Assembly: GCA_964016885.1 (NCBI GenBank)
Contig: OZ024741.1
Span: forward strand, 91,450,001-91,514,000
Source of the DNA: Eledone cirrhosa
Taxonomy: Eukaryota
Direction: 5' to 3'
DNA: 64,000 bases
Shown: positions 57,813 through 64,000 of the stretch, piece by piece
Position numbering within the stretch: position 1 is the stretch's first letter
Layout: every line of letters starts with the position of its first letter
Notes under the pieces: generated by a model
Database searches by the model: none
What the model saw: only the letters and a program-made list of their open reading frames with translations
Told to the model about the DNA's origin: nothing
Translations under genes and position numbers: made by a program

Positions 57813-59508
57813 TATGCTGTAATGGGTACAATGGGCACATTAGTTATATCATTACTAGATGCTTACAAATTCTTGCGTATTTTCAAAATCATAGGCAGTT
57901 TCTTTCATTAGAAATTAGTAACGAAAGCTGCGAAAGTATTTATATATCTTCCACCATAATTTATGTAAGGACCGTTGTTAAGTTATGTTCCAAGCACCAG
58001 CTAAATAAATCTCTAGAATTAGTGAATTATTTTCAAGATTATTTTCAAAATCATTAGAAAATATGGCAACGTAAGGGTTAATAATGAGAATGGTATATTA
58101 CTAAATACCTCTAAATTCTTCATTATATTCATAGTGTCTTTCGTTAGAAATATGAGAATGAAAGAGTTAAAAAATCTCGCTTAGACGTTTCAGGTTTTAC
58201 ACGTTTTAATCAACACAAGAAAAAAAAAAAAGATCATTCTGGATTTGGAAGATTGTGAAATCTCGTGAATTATTTTTCCTCATTATGAATCGCCGCATCT
58301 GGAAATAATCCCACAAAAATAAACCGATTATTTAAGCTATCGGGATTGCTTTGTTGATTAACAATTCTTAATAGCAATCATTGCACTAGAACAAGGTATT
58401 TTTTAGTAATGTAATCCGGATTAAATCGGATAAAAGTATCCTATCAAAGGAACGTTGTTTTCTCTATTTTTATCGAAATGGTTCCTTATTGGAATAGACC
58501 TCCAACAGTTTCGACGGTGAGCTTTCCAGTGGTTCTGTCAACAGAACAACCTGCTGATGAAATTAACGCGCAGGTGGCTGATAATTCCATGTGTACCCAT
58601 AGCGCAATTCTCAAAGAGATTCAGCATGATAGTGCATGACAAGGCTGGTCCTTCGAATTACAGTTACAGTCCCTCCGACGGGCTTCTTAATAATTTCTCT
58701 CACGAGATTTGGGTCGACTGACTCTTGCCAATGATTCCACGCAATGAGACTGAATCAATAATCTTATGGCTACAAAGAGACTCAGCGTCCATATGACATG
58801 ATATATAATGGCCATGACAAGCAAGACACTTGGTTTGTGATTTGCGAGCTCACATAACCCTTCAAGATATATTCAGTTGTTACGAGCGACTTAGATAAAT
58901 TCGAACGTTATTTAAGCATCACCAGTATCTTCGTCGTTCTGCAGAATGTCGAGAAAAAAAAGAATCAATATAGCTGCCTTTGTCTTCTTTCTGATTAACT
59001 ACGACCGAGCATCGCAACATCATGATGTCTAATTGAAATGAAATGGCTTCAGGAATGAGACTCGCATGTATTCCAGAGCTGATTTGTATGGGGGCTTCTT
59101 ATGATGTAAATTTTAATTCAATTCTTTGTACAGAAGTAGTAATCATCATCATCATACATTCGTTTTGTCATGACTGAATGTGTTGGATGAATTCTCTCGG
59201 GAACAGCATCCTTCCTATCATTGTGCCTCCTTGTTATTTCTCCTGTGAGGGTCAATTGTTAGGAGATGAGCTCTGGCTACTTCTGCTCACGTCTTCTGCG
59301 ATTTTATGTTCCGAGTTCAAATTTACTTTGAAATGAAACCTGAATCTCACGCACATGCATTTCACAAAAGCATTGTGAAATGGAGTTTCTTGCCCTCAAG
59401 AACACGAGCTGCTCAGTTCTGGAATCGAACCTATAATCTTATTAAAGTGCGTCCAACACCATAATCATTACTTTGCTTTTAATCTTTCTGGAGTTGATAA
59501 AATAAATA

Positions 59509-60000
59509 ATTGTTTCTATTTTTGGCACAAGGCCAGCAATTACCCAGTACATTAGTGGTACTTTATTTTATTGACCCTGTAAGGATAAAAGGCAAAGTTA
59601 ACCTCGGCATGATTTGAACTCAGTCTGTGAAGGGACGTAACTCTCTACCGATACTGCCAATCCACCACTATTTATTGATAAAATAAATAATAGTAGCGTA
59701 CTAGAATAGTTTGTTTTGCCGTCGCCAACATATATTTGGCCTTCTGTTAATATACAAACACTGGATAGGGAATGGGCTCCACCGGGTTTTAAAATGCCCC
59801 CAAAACGTTGTATGCCACTACGGTGCCTCTACAACTCCAGCAGTAGTTACGGGTCCATACATAGCATATATAATTGTTTCTACTTTAGGCACAAGGCCAG
59901 TAATTACCCAGTACATTACTGGTACTTTATTTTATCGACCCCGTAAGGGTGAAAGGCAAAGTTAACCTTGGCGGGATTTGAACTCAGACTGTAAAGGGAC
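59509..60000 (-). mobile_element. Two further copies of the same SINE fragment
   Basis: Direct similarity to 57674-57812. Confidence 0.75.
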
Positions 60001-60663
60001 ATATAATGTACAAACACTATATATATATACGTAAGAAAACCAATGGAAATTTATTTATTAGAATCCAGCTGAAGTAACATTTCTGCATACACGATGATAT
60101 TTCAGATGATATCACAAGAGATTTTAAATCTTCTAATTTGTGTTTTCCATTACGTAATCAGCTTCTGAGTATACAACAATAACAACTGTTATAACAGTTT
60201 ACTTTCTTACTTAACACTTTAGATGATTTTAGGTAAGAATTTTTCTTAAGTAATGATCCAAACACCAATGGGAAAGAACGCTAAAGATTACTAAATCCCT
60301 GCAAATGCTTTATTATACTTTAAAAGATTTAAAGATCGTAGACAGTGACTTTCTTTAGAAAGGGTGAATAACTCGAGGGTATTACGAAGTCGTCCATTTT
60401 CACAAACACAGCTTAACAACTATAATAAACTATTCAAATGATTCTTGAAATAAACACAATTTGATATTTAATATGTAATACATTGACTAAATAATCTGTG
60501 ATACAATATCCTTCCATAGATCCAAAACCTCTGACGGAATCGTAGGGGCGTCGTCGTAAAATATAGGATTTCTTAAGCATTTAAAACATGGCAGAACACA
60601 TCCTAACACGATCGTTTTCTTTTAGAGAGAGAAAGAGAAAGAGAGAGAGAGAAAGAGAGAAAA

Positions 60664-60695
<32 letters not shown>

Positions 60696-63239
60696 GGGTG
60701 GAGGGAGAAGAATCGATCCCAGTACTGGACTGGTACTTTATTTATTGACCTCGAATAGTGAAATGACAAACAAGTTATTAATTGTGTCACAATTGTCCGA
60801 TTTAGCAAAATGTTGGCCTCGTGAACGTCGTAAAGTAAGAGGAAAGATTCAGTCCTAGTTGGAGCAGATCTACGTCAACAGTATTGCACCACTGTCTATT
60901 CCTCTAAAATATAGCTAGAGGTACAGCAATTTTGAAAATTAAATATCTTTGCTCGGAAAATTCACCAAATTTCAACTGACTAAAGTTAGTTGAAATTATC
61001 CTTTTTTGTGTACTTTTTTATTGAATAACTGAAATCTAAGTGGAGACTTCTCGCATCCTGGGTCTCCAACCCAATTACTTATTTACAGCGACTGTAACGG
61101 AGATTGTAACCCATAAGATCGAACCCCGCGAGTTGGACTAATTTTCCAGCGCATCTCCCTGGCTATCTTCCGATATGCAATTCTACTCACTCTGACTATG
61201 AGATAACACTAACCTGCACTTCAGAGAAACAATGAGCGAACAAAAAAACGTGATCAACTTTCATTGGTCACCTTGCTGAAAACCTTTCAAGTGGCCGACA
61301 CCTCTATCTTTGTGAAGTCAGCTTCCGTGTAAAGGACTGACGAGGATTCAGGCCCACTGACGTCATATTTTCCCGATGAGAATCATGGACATACATCTTA
61401 TAGAGGAGCATTGGAGCAATTGTCCATGGTCTCTCACCCTAAGTAAATGAGGATGGAAAGAGACCAAAAACTGAGTATACCACAGAAATGTGCTTCCTTA
61501 ATGAAATACACTAGCCGAATTAGTGGTACACGATATGTGACAAAGCTGGACCTTTGAATAATAGATACGATCCATCTGATGGGCTTCCACACAATTTGTA
61601 TTTACTTCATTTCACTCATAAGAATGGACCCTGGACGTTATGATTGCAAAGCAACCTTCTTAACCCCCCCCCCCCCCCCCCCAGCCATGTCTCTCACCGC
61701 TACTAACAATACTGAATATACTTAGCATTTCATAGACACATACACAGGGAGATTCAGTGACATATTGTGCGTGACAAAATTGGATCATTTGAATTACAAG
61801 TCCAAGCCATTTCTAACAGTTGAGTCAACTAGAGTAACGGGAAATAAAGTGTCTTGTTCAATGACGCGACGTGCCGCCTAGTCTTACGATCGTGAAAAGA
61901 AATTCTTAATCACTATGATACGCGCCTGGTTATACGTGCACATAAGTATGCGCATGCTGAAACTCCCTGTTTCGGCGGCGAGTATTACAAATGTTCTAAC
62001 ATCGGAATCAACCCCACCCCACCCTTAAGATCGTCAGCCGAACATCTTAACCACTAAACCACGTGCCTTCACACTCAGTGCTGTACTGATTATATTGATA
62101 TTATACTGTAAATAAGTAAGCAGGATTGATCTCTTAAGCGATAGCAAGAAGAAGAAGAAGAACAAGAATCTATTAATAGCTTCAGCTCTTTTGTCTTTTG
62201 ACACTGATTAAATAGACATTTTTAACAACTATTTTATTTCATTGAGGAGATCAAGAGAGAGAAAAAGAGAAGTAGCTTTATGGTGACTTCTGTAAAAACT
62301 TGATTATTTTCCGTTTAATTAGTGTAAGTGAATGTTACTGTGTACAACCAGCTAGGCTGGTTGGTTTAAAGGAGATCAAAAGATTCTTCTCCTTTATCAG
62401 ATCACTGCTGTCATACAAAAATAAGTAAAGCTTCAAGTTAAAATAAATACGTTTTACCTTACATCAAATCAGCTTTTATGTATATATTATCTTTTACATC
62501 TAACTTTATGCTATTTAAACTCTACGTACAGCATGCATTTATTTTTAAATTAGTTTACTGACTTTGGTCATTGAACTGCCGTCATGCTGGTTAGATCGAT
62601 CATACCGACAAGTGGCTCTCGACATTTTCACTATCAAGTACTTCCTTTATTTAAATTTTCCATGGACTCTCCGCGACAATCCGACCCCTTACAAATAGTG
62701 ATTGCAGTAATAATTACAATCAAAAGAGAGAAATTTTTATGCTTAGAAAATAATGGATACCCAATAGCATGTACATATATCTAAGAGAAAGTACTTTAAA
62801 TTTTCGATTTATATCTCGGAACCTGAGTACTTCGCGAGTCTAAAAAAGGACCAAATTGGTGACTGGCCCAAATAAGACCACCAAAAAACTGCAATATGTT
62901 TATACACGATAAAAGCATTCATACCGCATCGTCCTTTGCGCATGGTAATAAGGGGAATATTTAGGCTTTAGGTACAAGGATCTGTTTGAAAAATATATCG
63001 CAATCTTCATCCTACGCTGTGAGAACTGGCGATGGGGCGATGACCTGTCCTGCGAAGCGTGGGATGGACGCACAAAGGTTCCATATCTCTAAACATCAAA
63101 GAAGGTCCAGAAGGGAGCAAACCATAACAATTGCCAACTAAAAGATTACAACGCTTACAAGTAAGACCTAGTGGAGGAGGCCAGCTGTTACCGGCTAGAT
63201 GTAGTCAGGGTTTTCTCAACAAAGTTCCATGGCTTCAGT

Positions 63240-64000
63240 AGATTTGGATGGATGTAAACTCCACCATTCAGGTGTAGCCCCAGAAAAGACTGCACAAGCA
63301 AGAGTGTGGATGCTCATAAGACACTGGCTGTCAGAATGTGTTATGGACTGGATCCTATTAGGAGGGAAGTTTGCCACTTGAATCTTAGGTTGAAAGAAAA
63401 ATTTCTATGTGTGGTGCAAATTTATGGGCCAAACAGAGTCTGAATACAAATCCTCCAGTGAAGTCAATGCAGCGTTAGATGTAGATCCTTATACACTTCA
63501 ATGCACATGTTGGCACTAACTGATATGGAAAGGAGTGATTGAAAGAAAAGGCGATTCATATCTGAATACGAATGAAGACGCTTTAGACTTGTGTTCTAGT
63601 AATGGGCTCCCTATTATGAACACATTTTTCCAGCACAAAGTTTATGAGAAATCGAGAATAAATATCAATAATTGATTTTGTTGTCTTTGATCTCATCGAT
63701 TCTGTACTGGATGTTCGTGTTAAGAGAGGGACTGAGCTGTCAGGCTGATAATGTTGCTGCCGAGTGCTGCACGGCAGGAATGAAAATCAGTTTTGCGAAG
63801 ACTCAGGCATTCATCTTCGCAAAGAACTTTACATGTAAGTGGAGTTCTATTGAAGCAGGCGAAGTTCAAGTATCTCGGGGGTGTGTTCACGAGTGATGGA
63901 AGGCAGGAGGCTGAATTGGGTGCAAGAAATGCAAGAGCTGATGCATTAATGCACTAGCTTCAGGATCTGGTAATCAGAAGAAAGAAGGTAGGTGTAAAAG
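63240..64000 (+). pseudogene. Old, internally deleted RTE LINE relic
   Basis: APE remnants (VVQIYGPN, FNAHVG, LDLCSSNGLPIMNTFFQHK, IIDFVV) are joined to late RT remnants (GMKISFAKTQ, FKYLGGVFTSDG). Confidence 0.75.

Noticed and set aside
58915-59100. Possible RT remnant (ITSIFVVLQNVEK)
   Set aside because: Too short and too degenerate to support.

Overview
Eukaryotic, extremely microsatellite-rich, largely non-genic DNA. More than half of it is (TA)n arrays punctuated by C/G variants, and there is a 200-N gap at 54721-54920. The repeat landscape resembles an octopus/cephalopod genome (inference only). Nearly all Y/I/M/C-rich ORFs in the track are artefacts of the microsatellites. Real content: (1) an intact RTE/BovB-type LINE ORF (APE, RT, three C-terminal C2H2 fingers) plus several non-autonomous derivatives, one with twin-priming geometry; (2) the 3' end of a Penelope-like element (PLE; GIY-YIG endonuclease); (3) about 15-20 minimal type-I hammerhead ribozyme (HHR) motifs in short islands between the (TA)n arrays, including U3-A8 core variants, variants with 55-130 nt stem-II insertions, and head-to-head fold-back palindromes centred near the ribozyme 5' end; (4) a frameshifted DDE transposase relic with both Transib and RAG1 signatures; (5) tRNA-derived SINEs and Tc1/mariner and Tigger-like MITEs. 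All structures were folded and translated by eye and no database search was run.
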